DNA of 64,000 nucleotides from NCBI GenBank assembly GCA_963775685.1, contig CAVZJV010000014.1, forward strand, positions 2,336,001 to 2,400,000. Reading direction: 5' to 3'. Shown here piece by piece: positions 51,940-60,975 of the stretch. The position numbers and the translations under genes were made by a program. This stretch comes from Candidatus Bathyarchaeota archaeon. Lineage in GTDB: Archaea > Thermoproteota > Bathyarchaeia > Bathyarchaeales > Bathycorpusculaceae. Below the pieces are notes generated by a model. That model made no database searches. It saw only the letters and a program-made list of their open reading frames with translations, and was not told the origin of the DNA. The stretch's first letter is position 1; each line of letters opens with the position of its first letter.

Positions 51940-52005
51940 GTATGGTAGCAAAAAGGCTTTACAGGTTTTTTCTTATCATCCGAACATAATAAAACAACTA
52001 AATAA
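51940..52005 (+). repeat. Dispersed intergenic repeat, long copy
   Basis: GTATGGTAGCAAAAA..GTTTTTTCTTATCATCCGAAC..AATAAAA. Confidence 0.7.
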
Positions 52006-52459
52006 AAATCAAGAAATTTATCTCTTTACCCCTTCTTTCGTGGAAGACATTGTCGCCAGAAAACTCGCGTATCTGTGCAAAAAGCCAGCCAACTTTAACT
52101 TGGTGGCTCCTCAAACAAGCATCAACGCGTCCGTTTTAACCTGTTCACCTTCCTCTCACGTTGCTCATATGCATTGCGAGTTCCTCTCCGATGACATAGT
52201 TTAGTTTGGACGAGCCCTATGAAGAACAAATACTCAGCATCACGGGCTTTTGGGCTGACGGGAATCTATTTTGAAAGTTTTGTCCCATTATTCCTTGGTC
52301 TGTCTGAGACTTCTTGTCCGTATCCATCCTTCTTGACTTTCAGCCTTCTTATCTTGAATAGCCTTCCTATATTTCGACAAGGTTTTTTATGGTGAATAAG
52401 TAAGGTGCAGCAAACAGAAAAATAGACTATAGTCATAAAAAAAAGATTGTAAGTTTTGT

Positions 52460-52537
52460 TTATTCTTCATCTTCACAGTCTTCGCAGTCGCAATCTTCAT
52501 CGCAACCGCAGTCATCGTCTTCTTCTTCAAATGTCAT
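52460..52537 (-). CDS. 25-aa acidic Cys-rich micropeptide (metallothionein-like)
   Basis: MTFEEEDDDCGCDEDCDCEDCEDEE; upstream BRE/TATA-like CGAAA..TATTTAA, SD-like GGTAGG, downstream T8. Confidence 0.6.
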   Translation of the reverse strand: MTFEEEDDDCGCDEDCDCEDCEDEE

Positions 52538-52630
52538 TATACAAACCTACCGTATGGATTAATTACGAGTTAAATAGATGTTTCGGAAGCTATCCATTTT
52601 CAGGAACGAAAATCTACGTGTGCAGTCGTG

Positions 52631-52654
52631 GAGCTGGGGCTGGGAGTTGAACAC
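52631..52654 (-). repeat. Degenerate copy of the tRNA-Cys 3' end (putative att site)
   Basis: GAGCTGGGGCTGGGAGTTGAACAC versus GAGCTGGGGATGGGAATTGAACCC at 56953-56976; 21/24 identical, same orientation. Confidence 0.7.
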
Positions 52655-52894
52655 TTCATCTGTGGAGATTTCTCTCACATGCTCTCTTTTTTCACTCAAA
52701 GAGCTAACGGAATTGGATGAATCATGTTACACGGGGCTACACAAGAACTTATTTTTGCAGAACAAATCCGAAGTGCCATTTTTATTATCAGACTACGCAC
52801 TCTACTTCAGGATAGATCTTGAAAAAAATTTTTATCTGAGCAAATCCCTATCTTCTCCTTCTATAGTTGATAATGAGCAAAGAGATGACTCACT

Positions 52895-54370
52895 GTGAGC
52901 AGCAGATGTGAAGTATTGGTGATAGGGGGTGGCGTGATTGGCTGTGCGATCGCAAGAGAACTATCAAAATTTAAAATCGAAACAGTGTTGGTGGAGAAGG
53001 AAACCGACGTTGGTTCTGGGGTTAGCAAAGGCAACAGTGGAGTCCTTCACACCGGTCTTTACTATCCGAGGGGAAGCTTGAAGGCTAAACTGTGTGTTGA
53101 AGGGCGACTGATGTTTCCAGAGTTGGCAAAGCAACTTGATGTACCTTTCAAACTCTGTGGAAAACATGTAATTGCCCGAACAGAAGAGGAACTCGAAGAC
53201 TTGGAAAGCTTAAAAGCAGTGGGGGAAGGAAACGGAGTCAAAGAATTAAACATAATCTCTGGGGAAGAACTGAAAAAGCGAGAACCCCACTTGGACGCTC
53301 TCTATGCGTTATATTCTCCTGTGGCTGGAATCGTTCCCCCTTATCTTTTTACGATTGCCTTAGCCGAGAATGCCCTAAACAACGGCGTGAAAGTTCAGGT
53401 CAACACCCAAGTGTCCGCGATAAAACAAGTAAATAGCGGTTACAAAGTAACAACAAATCAGGGAGTCTTTCATGCAGATATCGTTGTGAATAGTGCAGGT
53501 CTCTTCGCAGACAGAATCTCCGCTATGGTAGGGATTGATAATTACAAACTCTATCCCTGTCGTGGCGAATATCTCATCATTGACAAGAATTGCCACGACC
53601 TAATCAACAGTATGGTCTATCCGGTGCCGCCAAAAATTGCAGGAGTCTTGGGGGTTCATCTCACGCCCACATTAGATGGAAACATTTTGATTGGACCTAG
53701 TGAAGAATTCATCAACGCGCGAGAAGACACAAGAACAACCAAAGAAAAGATTCGGCAACTAATTAAGGGGGCGAAGAGTTTACTTCCGTCTATCCCCCTA
53801 AACCAAGTTATCTACGGCTTTGCTGCAGTGAGGTCTAAGATTACTCCACCAGAGGAGAAGGGATCTCGTGACTTTATCATCCAAGAAGACGTTAAAAACT
53901 TCATCAATATGATAGGAATGGAGTCTCCTGGTCTCACGTCCTCTCCTGCCATCGCAAAATTGGTTGTTCAAATGATCAAAGAAAAAATGGATTTGGAAGA
54001 AAAAACAGATTTTAATCTTATTCGTAGAAGAACAATTCCTTTTAGCGAAGCATCAAGAACAGAGCAAACTTCTTTGATTAAAGTAGATCCCGCATACGGC
54101 GAGATCGTGTGTAGGTGTGAACATGTATCCAAACGGGAAGTCTTAGATGCGTTAAACAACCCAATTTCAGAAAAAACAATTTCCACTGTGAAATACCGTA
54201 CCCGAGCAGGTATGGGCAGATGCCATGGGGGCTTTTGCTTACCAAAAATTGTGGAAATTCTAAAAGAAGAATATGGGCTGTCTCCCGAAGAGATTAAGTT
54301 GAAGAATCTAGATTCGCCTCTGTTCATCGGTGAAACTAAAGTCCTGAGGGAGAGTAAAAAAAGTGAGTGA
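52895..54370 (+). CDS. FAD-dependent oxidoreductase with BFD-like [2Fe-2S] domain (GlpA/LhgO-like, putative glycerol-3-phosphate dehydrogenase subunit)
   Basis: IGGGVIG, SKGNSGVLH, SPGLTS and CRCE..GMGRCHGGFC motifs. Confidence 0.88.
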   Translation: MSSRCEVLVIGGGVIGCAIARELSKFKIETVLVEKETDVGSGVSKGNSGVLHTGLYYPRGSLKAKLCVEGRLMFPELAKQLDVPFKLCGKHVIARTEEELEDLESLKAVGEGNGVKELNIISGEELKKREPHLDALYALYSPVAGIVPPYLFTIALAENALNNGVKVQVNTQVSAIKQVNSGYKVTTNQGVFHADIVVNSAGLFADRISAMVGIDNYKLYPCRGEYLIIDKNCHDLINSMVYPVPPKIAGVLGVHLTPTLDGNILIGPSEEFINAREDTRTTKEKIRQLIKGAKSLLPSIPLNQVIYGFAAVRSKITPPEEKGSRDFIIQEDVKNFINMIGMESPGLTSSPAIAKLVVQMIKEKMDLEEKTDFNLIRRRTIPFSEASRTEQTSLIKVDPAYGEIVCRCEHVSKREVLDALNNPISEKTISTVKYRTRAGMGRCHGGFCLPKIVEILKEEYGLSPEEIKLKNLDSPLFIGETKVLRESKKSE

Positions 54371-55616
54371 ATTGTCATCTCAAGATGTTGATTTGGTTGT
54401 GATAGGTGCTGGTCCAGCAGGGCTAGCTGCAGCCATCAGTGCAAAGAAAAATGGCCTTCAAAACTTGGTTATCATAGAAAGAAACGGTTGGCTAGGTGGC
54501 ATCCTTCCTCAGTGTATTCATGATGGTTTCGGTCTTGAACTCTTTAAAGAACAAATGACTGGTCCGGAATACGCTCAAAGATACGTCGATGAACTGAATA
54601 GATTAAAAATCCCGTATATGCTTGACAGCATGGTGCTTGAGGTCACTTCTGAAAAAAAGGTGTTCGTTGCTAGTCCTAAAGGTCTGTTTTATTTTGGCGC
54701 CAAAGCCATAGTTCTTGCTATGGGGTGTCGTGAGCGAACCCGTGGACAGATTTACATTCCAGGAACAAGACCTGCAGGAGTGTATACTGCTGGTGTAGCT
54801 CAGAATCTCATTAACTTGAAGAATCTAATGGTTGGCAAAGACGTTGTTATTCTCGGTTCGGGGGACGTAGGTTTGATTATGGCTCGTCGGCTTACTCTAG
54901 AAGGCGCTAAAGTCCATATGGTAGTTGAGATTCTTCCTCACACCAATGGTCTGCCGCGAAACATTCAGCAGTGCTTAATTGACTATGACATTCCTCTTCT
55001 TCTCTCACACACCGTCACCGAAATCCATGGGCAGAACAGGGTTGAAGCAGTCACAATCTCTCCCGTAGACAAGGATTTGAAGCCAATCAAGGGAAAAGAG
55101 CAAAATATTACTTGTGATACACTCCTTCTCTCTATAGGTTTAATTCCAGAAAATGACCTATCCAAAAATTGTAATGTTAAACTCAGTCAAGTTACTGGAG
55201 GAGGTATCGTCGACGAAAATCTTGAAACTTCTATGTCTGGAGTTTTTGCGTGTGGGAACGCCCTTCATGTTCATGATATAGTGGATTTTGTTACTCTTGA
55301 AGCGGAGAAAGCGGGAAAAAGCGCAGCGGAATACGTTCTTGGCAAGATTCAAAAGGTGGCGAGAATCACTATAGAGGCAGGTAATAAAATCCGGTATGTT
55401 TTGCCCCAAAGCATCCGCTGTGGCGCTGACATCGAGTTGTCGATTCGTGTGACCTGTCCCGGAGAAGATGTGGAAGTTGGGTTCTTTGATGGAGAAACGC
55501 TGATAAAGACAGTAAAGTTACGTAAAGTTCATCCTGCTCAGATGATCAAGATAAAACTGAAAGGAAGCGAAACCAGCGCTATTAACTCACTAAAAGTTGA
55601 GGTTTTAAGGAAATGA
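54363..55616 (+). CDS. FAD/NAD(P)-dependent pyridine nucleotide-disulfide oxidoreductase
   Basis: GAGPAG, GGILPQCIHDGFG, LAMGCRER, GSGDVG and CGNALHVHD motifs. Confidence 0.9.
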   Translation: MSELSSQDVDLVVIGAGPAGLAAAISAKKNGLQNLVIIERNGWLGGILPQCIHDGFGLELFKEQMTGPEYAQRYVDELNRLKIPYMLDSMVLEVTSEKKVFVASPKGLFYFGAKAIVLAMGCRERTRGQIYIPGTRPAGVYTAGVAQNLINLKNLMVGKDVVILGSGDVGLIMARRLTLEGAKVHMVVEILPHTNGLPRNIQQCLIDYDIPLLLSHTVTEIHGQNRVEAVTISPVDKDLKPIKGKEQNITCDTLLLSIGLIPENDLSKNCNVKLSQVTGGGIVDENLETSMSGVFACGNALHVHDIVDFVTLEAEKAGKSAAEYVLGKIQKVARITIEAGNKIRYVLPQSIRCGADIELSIRVTCPGEDVEVGFFDGETLIKTVKLRKVHPAQMIKIKLKGSETSAINSLKVEVLRK

Positions 55617-55987
55617 AGAAGGAATTGATCTGTATCGGCTGTCCTATGGGCTGTTATCTCAGTGTTGATTTCGTCGGGACAACAATACGTGACGTTAGCG
55701 GAAACCGATGCAAAGTAGGGCTGGAATACGTGGAAAAAGAGATTTCCAATCCTGAACGAACCCTAACAACCACTGTGAAAGTTAAACACGGTCATCTTCC
55801 TTTAGTTAGCGTTAGAACAAACAGACCAATACCTAAAAGTAGAATCTTAGACGCTATGAATTTGTTGGCAAAAGTTGAAGTAGAAGCACCCATCAAAATC
55901 GGAGAAACGATCATCCAAAACATCTTCAATACAGGAGTTAACATAGTGGCTACAAAAGGCATCTCAAAAAAGACAAGCTGGTGTTAG
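55613..55987 (+). CDS. DUF1667 CxxC protein
   Basis: CIGCPMGC, GNRC and RTLTTTV motifs; third gene of the typical GlpA-like triad. Confidence 0.88.
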   Translation: MKKELICIGCPMGCYLSVDFVGTTIRDVSGNRCKVGLEYVEKEISNPERTLTTTVKVKHGHLPLVSVRTNRPIPKSRILDAMNLLAKVEVEAPIKIGETIIQNIFNTGVNIVATKGISKKTSWC

Positions 55988-56436
55988 TTTGTGGCTAATC
56001 AAAGTAATCAATTGGAGAAAAGGTGCACATCTATACTCTAAGAATGATGAAATTGTTAACTACTCACTTAGGGCATTAAACTAAATATGAAGTTACAAAT
56101 GACCTTTTTACTTTAAAAAAATACTTATTGAAATCAGAGAGACAGATAAAGATTTAGAATTTCTAATAAAGAATCCATAAGGGTTGCAACCACGACCATC
56201 TATAAAATCATCAGAAAATTTCCGATAACTTTACAAAATTTTTACAATAAATAATTTAGAGGCTGACTCTTTCAATTGGGGCCAATCGATGTGAGGCCTT
56301 TGTCAAGTGCAGTGTTTCTGGTTTGGAAAACATTTTAAAAAGGGTTTTTGCAGCTAGATTGCCCATAATCCTCATGCGAGGTGTTCCAGGCTAGCTGGTT
56401 TGCCCTGGCCTTTTGCTTAGGCTTCTTATAATTTAG

Positions 56437-56595
56437 TTATTTGGGTTTTAGGGGGGCGGCTTTGTTGATCCATGTTTTTATTGCTTCTTGGGCCGCTTTG
56501 GATAAGTCGCCTTTTTTGCCTCCGAATTGCTCGAAGGTTTTTAATCTGAATTGTTTTTCTAAGTCGTCTGAGATGTCTATGTTGATGCGGCCCAT
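56437..56595 (-). CDS. Ribbon-helix-helix (CopG/Arc-like) DNA-binding protein
   Basis: MGRINIDISDDLEKQFRLKTFEQFGGKKGDLSKAAQEAIKTWINK (52 aa, not in the ORF track). Confidence 0.8.
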   Translation of the reverse strand: MGRINIDISDDLEKQFRLKTFEQFGGKKGDLSKAAQEAIKTWINKAAPLKPK

Positions 56596-56715
56596 TTTTT
56601 GTCACTTGTTTTTGCTGGTTGGATGTTGTTGTGGTAAGCGAGTAGTCAATTTTTGTTTTCGGTTTTTGTGTTTGTCATGTTTTTTCCCTTTAAGATTCGC
56701 TTATTCACATTAGTA

Positions 56716-56755
56716 TATAAGTGCATACGCACTTATAAGTGTATGTGTTTAAGTG
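56716..56755. promoter_or_regulatory. Palindromic operator array upstream of the RHH gene
   Basis: TATAAGTGC-ATAC-GCACTTATA inverted repeat, overlapping CACTTATAAGTG palindrome, TAAGTG x3. Confidence 0.55.
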
Positions 56756-56953
56756 TGTAAAATGTCTGGATCCTGCAACGTACGCTGTTATAACGCAAAG
56801 AGGTGGGGTGCCAAGACCTCCAAAATCTGGGTCCATTAAGAAGAGAGGTCTTCCGCCTAAAATCTAATCATCAGAACATACTGCGCAACTGACGGCACAA
56901 AGTTATTCAGAAAAACGGAAATAATCCCGCGAAAGCATATGATTCAAAAAATG

Positions 56954-57026
56954 AGCTGGGGATGGGAATTGAACCCATATAGAGCAGCTCTGCAGGCTAC
57001 CGCCTGAACCGTTCGGCCACCCCAGC
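56954..57026 (-). tRNA. tRNA-Cys(GCA), intronless, CCA not encoded
   Basis: Cloverleaf with GCTGGGG/CCCCAGC acceptor stem, GTAGC-CTGCAGA-GCTGC anticodon arm, ATGGG-TTCAATT-CCCAT T arm, U73 discriminator. Confidence 0.96.
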
Positions 57027-57113
57027 ACGGGAACCTAGGGTTGTGACTGACATAAAAATATTGTTGGCAGGGTTTTATTTTCTGTTATGACTCTCAGCGC
57101 TTGTTGCTGAAAT

Positions 57114-57476
57114 TTATTTTTTAAATGCTAATCCCGAGAAGACTGCGACCTGCTTGTTCTGGTTGCAGACTGAAACGTTGTACAAGCCCATGGTTTTGCC
57201 GTCTGAAACCCTTGTTGCCTCAGCAATTAAGGTGTCACCTTCGATGGATGGCTTAAGAAAATTTATACTTACCTGAACCGCCACTGCAATGTTGTCGCCG
57301 TAGTTGCAGGCTTGCGCAAAAGCGTAATCTGCCAATGAAAAAATGGCGCCGCCATGAGTGAAACCTAGGGCGTTTGTGTGGTTTTTCTCAACTTTCATCG
57401 AGACTTTGGCATATCCATCTTTTGCTTCGAGCAGCTTGATGCCTAGTGTTTCAGCAAAATAATCTGAGCCTTTCAT
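57114..57476 (-). CDS. paaI: PaaI-family hotdog-fold acyl-CoA thioesterase
   Basis: HTNALGFTHGGAIFSLADYAFAQACN motif. Confidence 0.88.
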   Translation of the reverse strand: MKGSDYFAETLGIKLLEAKDGYAKVSMKVEKNHTNALGFTHGGAIFSLADYAFAQACNYGDNIAVAVQVSINFLKPSIEGDTLIAEATRVSDGKTMGLYNVSVCNQNKQVAVFSGLAFKK

Positions 57477-58567
57477 TTTGGTTTTGTTCCTTTGCTTTTT
57501 GGTTCCGAAATAAGGTAATTGTAGATTTTTTGGACGATCGATATTAAGCCTTTTGGGGCGAAAATAACGATGACAAGAAGGATAACGCCTATTATTAGTA
57601 GGCTTATGGGTGCACCTACGTTGCTTACATTTGGGAAATATGAGCCAAGCCCTCCATTAAGTGTATTTACGACACTGGGTAACGCCAAGGTTTGTTGTAA
57701 TGAAACGAGAAAAATTGATCCGATTATTGGACCGCCAACTGTCCCTAAGCCTCCTATGACGGTCATGATTAGGGGCAAGAATGAATTTGTTGGCGAAAAG
57801 ATTGAGTTGTCGATTAGCCTGATCAAGTAGGTGTTTAATCCTCCAGCTATCCCCGCGAAGAATGTGCTTATGACAAACGCTATTAGCTTGTATTTTGCAG
57901 TGTTTATTCCAATCATCTTCGCTTCAGTTTCATTTCCATGGATAGCTCTAAACGCTAAGCCCATTCTGGAGCCCATTATGAACTGCATTACTAAAATGGA
58001 TGCCATAGCGAAGAGAACCACAAGAATGTAGAAAGGGTATCCTCTGGGAACAAGCGTCGTTGTCGCATACCCATTTATCCCCTGAGTGATGGAGTCAAAT
58101 TGACTCGATAGAGTAGCTGCGATGACTGAAAAACCAAAAGTTACCATAGCAAGGTACCACGCCTTCAATCTTACACAAGCTAAACCTATCAACAACCCAA
58201 CTCCAGCCGAAAGCAGCCCACCCAACAAGAGAGCTAATACCAAAATGGTCACCGACAAGCCTCCAACCGGCATTTGAATGACACCTAGAGCGTTAACTGC
58301 TGCTTTTGATATAGAGCCACCTATTATTGCTGAAGCAAAGCCACCGATGCCCAAGAAGACTGCATGTCCAAGTGAGCCTTGTCCCGAATTTGCCAAGAAA
58401 TTCCAGCTTGCAGCGTAGATGGCGAAGATAGTTATCAAAGTCATAACAGTTAAGAAAAAATTATCCCGAACAAGTAAAGGAACGAACGCTAATATGGTAA
58501 AGAAGGCAACTATAAACAAGAAGCCTTTGGAATGAATAAGTGTGCTTATTGTCTTTTTTAGTTGCAT
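57473..58567 (-). CDS. livM: HAAT/Liv ABC transporter permease (LivM-like)
   Basis: GQGSLGHAVF, YLAMVT and IGGLGTVGGP motifs. Confidence 0.88.
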   Translation of the reverse strand: MQLKKTISTLIHSKGFLFIVAFFTILAFVPLLVRDNFFLTVMTLITIFAIYAASWNFLANSGQGSLGHAVFLGIGGFASAIIGGSISKAAVNALGVIQMPVGGLSVTILVLALLLGGLLSAGVGLLIGLACVRLKAWYLAMVTFGFSVIAATLSSQFDSITQGINGYATTTLVPRGYPFYILVVLFAMASILVMQFIMGSRMGLAFRAIHGNETEAKMIGINTAKYKLIAFVISTFFAGIAGGLNTYLIRLIDNSIFSPTNSFLPLIMTVIGGLGTVGGPIIGSIFLVSLQQTLALPSVVNTLNGGLGSYFPNVSNVGAPISLLIIGVILLVIVIFAPKGLISIVQKIYNYLISEPKSKGTKPK

Positions 58568-58568
58568 A

Positions 58569-59447
58569 CTATTCCCCCTTCTCACCGAAGATTCCGTTAG
58601 GTCGAATTATAAGCACAATTATGAGTAAGGCAAATGCAACTGCGCTTCCCCAAGTGCCTCCCAAAAACAAGGTCGCCATCTGCTCTGTTATACCATAGAG
58701 TAACCCACCGATGATTGCGCCTTTGATGCTTCCTAATCCACCCATTATTATGATGGCAAAAGCAATAATTGTAGGTAAAGCTCCAACTTGATAATCAAAG
58801 GGGTAAATCACTCCATACAACCCTCCGGCAACCGCTGCTAAAGCTGCTCCAAGGGCGAAAGTAAACATGTAGACTTTTTGTACGTTTATGCCCATTAGCA
58901 TGGCTGTTGTGTTTCTTTGGCTGGTTGCTCGCATAGCCAAGCCGATCTTTGTTTTCCACTGCAGCAAGCCAAAAATCGACAGTGCAGCGACTACGACAAA
59001 GACAGCTATGACTCGGTCGTAAGTTATCGAAAAGCCTGGCAGGCTAACGCTCATGCCGTAGAAGGGGCTTACAACCTGTTTTGAGCTGGCTCCCCAGATT
59101 AGCATGGCTACATTTTCAAAAATGTAGATTAAGCCTAAGCTTACAAAGATTTCATTTAGTTTGTCTGTGCCAAGCACCCTTCGGAAAGTGAATCTTTCAA
59201 TTACAACGCCTAAAAAAGCGACGATAATCATGGAAACAAGTATTGCTAAATATGCGTTTAATCCAAGTGAAACAGAAATGGTCCAAGTTAGGAATGCACT
59301 TATCATAAGCAACTGACCATGGGCAAAATTAACGAGTTTCATGACTCCAAAGATTATGTTTAAGCCTGTGGCTAAAAGGATGTATACGCAGCCGATTGCT
59401 ATACCCCAAACTAACGTTAAAACAATTGTCGGCGTCGTTATGTCCAT
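58569..59447 (-). CDS. livH: HAAT/Liv ABC transporter permease (LivH-like)
   Basis: GLNIIFGVMKLVNFAHG, GGLGSIKGA and RPNGIFG motifs. Confidence 0.9.
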   Translation of the reverse strand: MDITTPTIVLTLVWGIAIGCVYILLATGLNIIFGVMKLVNFAHGQLLMISAFLTWTISVSLGLNAYLAILVSMIIVAFLGVVIERFTFRRVLGTDKLNEIFVSLGLIYIFENVAMLIWGASSKQVVSPFYGMSVSLPGFSITYDRVIAVFVVVAALSIFGLLQWKTKIGLAMRATSQRNTTAMLMGINVQKVYMFTFALGAALAAVAGGLYGVIYPFDYQVGALPTIIAFAIIIMGGLGSIKGAIIGGLLYGITEQMATLFLGGTWGSAVAFALLIIVLIIRPNGIFGEKGE

Positions 59448-59545
59448 GGTTTAATTCGTCCCTTAGGTTTAAGGCGATTGACATAATTTCTCATGTTAAC
59501 TATTTAAAACATGCGAGAAACTAAAGAAAAGAGAGGGATTTAGTT

Positions 59546-60922
59546 TTACTGCCCCGCTTTATAGCCTGTTGGCAGTTTGAAGTCTACTTGTTTGAGGTTG
59601 CTGCTTCCTGGTGGTGACCAAACTATTTGTGATGTTAGATGGCTTGTTGATGCGTCCCAGCTAAGTTGCTCAATGAAAGTTATAGGGTCGATTTCATGGT
59701 AGTTGACACCCGTGCTAAACTGTATTTTACCTGTTTGTGTCTGGATAAGCATTTGGTTAAGGTTGGTTTTTTCTATGGCTGTGCGGACGGCTGCCTTATC
59801 AATGGTTCCTGCTCTTTGGATTGCGTCTTTAGCGATGTAGAGGGCATCGTACGTGTCGGCTCCCATCATTCCTGGCATTATATGTGGATTGGCCATGTCA
59901 AAGTTCTTAACGTAGTCTCCAACAACACTTGAGTACGATGGCGTCATGAAGGGGTCAAGTTTTGACTCAAGAAGCTGCCCATCACCAACGCTTCCCAACA
60001 GGTTATAGAATGCTTCGTCTTGGTTGTTTTCAACTGCAATGTAGACTGTCTTTAGTCCAACATCATCCCATCCCTGCTTTATTATGAGCGGTGTTTTGTC
60101 GGGGTTGTCAGCGATGAATACTGCATCTGGATGTGCTGAGGCGACTGCTGTTAGGTCAGTCTGATAGTTTGTTGTTGCTGGATCATAGTTTCTATCTGCA
60201 ACGATTGTAATTGGGAGGTTTTCGCTCTCTATCCAGAATTTAGTGGCTTGTTCAACGCCCTGTCCAAAAGCATCGTTTCGATAAAGAATTGCGAGGCTAA
60301 AGTTTCGGTCAGCTGCAACCAAGGGCTTCATTTCAGAAGCGAAAAAGTCTACGACTGTTTTGCTGTAATGGTAGGTTGTCGTGCAGTAATGGAAGATGTA
60401 GCTCATGCCTTCAGAGTCGCTTACGCTGTTTGCGCCATCCGCTCCAAAGCCGCCGTAGTCTCCTTGAGGTCCTCTTCTGGTTACGAGTTGGTTAGATGCT
60501 CCAGTTATTATGTAAGGGACTTTGTTATCGATAGCTATCATTTCGTTAGCTAAGGTTCCTGCGCTTCCGTATCCGCCTATTAGTAAGTCAACGTTATCAG
60601 TTTCTACTGCCCGTGTAACTGGGGTTACTGCATTGGCTGGTGCATCATTTACTGTGTCAGCGAGGACAAGGGTTAGGTTTACGTGTGCATTCCATCCTGA
60701 AACATAGACGCCACCTGCATCATTGATTTCTTGGACTGCTAATCGGGCGGCGCGTTCCATATCCTGCCCAACGGGCGATCCAGATATGGGAGCGACCAAT
60801 CCTACTCGTATGTCTCTAGCATCTGCAGAAGGTTCATTGGGGGTTAATTGCGAATATATTGCTCCTATTGCCGCAACTGCAATTATTATAACGACTAATA
60901 TGGCTAGTATTTTCTTTTGCAA
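59546..60922 (-). CDS. HAAT/Liv ABC transporter substrate-binding protein
   Basis: N-terminal TM anchor, AVQEINDAGG, IGGYGS, NDAFG and YDA motifs. Confidence 0.9.
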   Translation of the reverse strand: MQKKILAILVVIIIAVAAIGAIYSQLTPNEPSADARDIRVGLVAPISGSPVGQDMERAARLAVQEINDAGGVYVSGWNAHVNLTLVLADTVNDAPANAVTPVTRAVETDNVDLLIGGYGSAGTLANEMIAIDNKVPYIITGASNQLVTRRGPQGDYGGFGADGANSVSDSEGMSYIFHYCTTTYHYSKTVVDFFASEMKPLVAADRNFSLAILYRNDAFGQGVEQATKFWIESENLPITIVADRNYDPATTNYQTDLTAVASAHPDAVFIADNPDKTPLIIKQGWDDVGLKTVYIAVENNQDEAFYNLLGSVGDGQLLESKLDPFMTPSYSSVVGDYVKNFDMANPHIMPGMMGADTYDALYIAKDAIQRAGTIDKAAVRTAIEKTNLNQMLIQTQTGKIQFSTGVNYHEIDPITFIEQLSWDASTSHLTSQIVWSPPGSSNLKQVDFKLPTGYKAGQ

Positions 60923-60975
60923 TTTATTTTCCTCTTGTGCTTTCTTTGCTATATCTCAAAGAATCGTTAATAAAA

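Larger units (their letters stand above)
52631..56976. mobile_element. Putative tRNA-Cys-integrated island (no integrase retained)
   Basis: Direct repeat of the tRNA 3' end flanks a three-gene oxidoreductase operon and an RHH gene. Confidence 0.55.

Noticed and set aside
52018-52380. Coding-looking minus-strand tract
   Set aside because: Stops in the frames I translated and no identifiable family; possibly a decayed gene but unsupported
52456-52898. Plus-strand ORFs 52456-52650 and 52578-52898
   Set aside because: The first is antisense to the micropeptide; the second crosses the att-like repeat and has no recognisable motif
56441-56713. 90-aa plus-strand ORF with a CCC motif
   Set aside because: Antisense shadow of the RHH gene
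47979-56877. Dispersed motif as a CRISPR array or classical integron attC array
   Set aside because: Spacing is 0.5-4 kb and irregular, there are no cas or intI genes, and I recognised no attC-type hairpins
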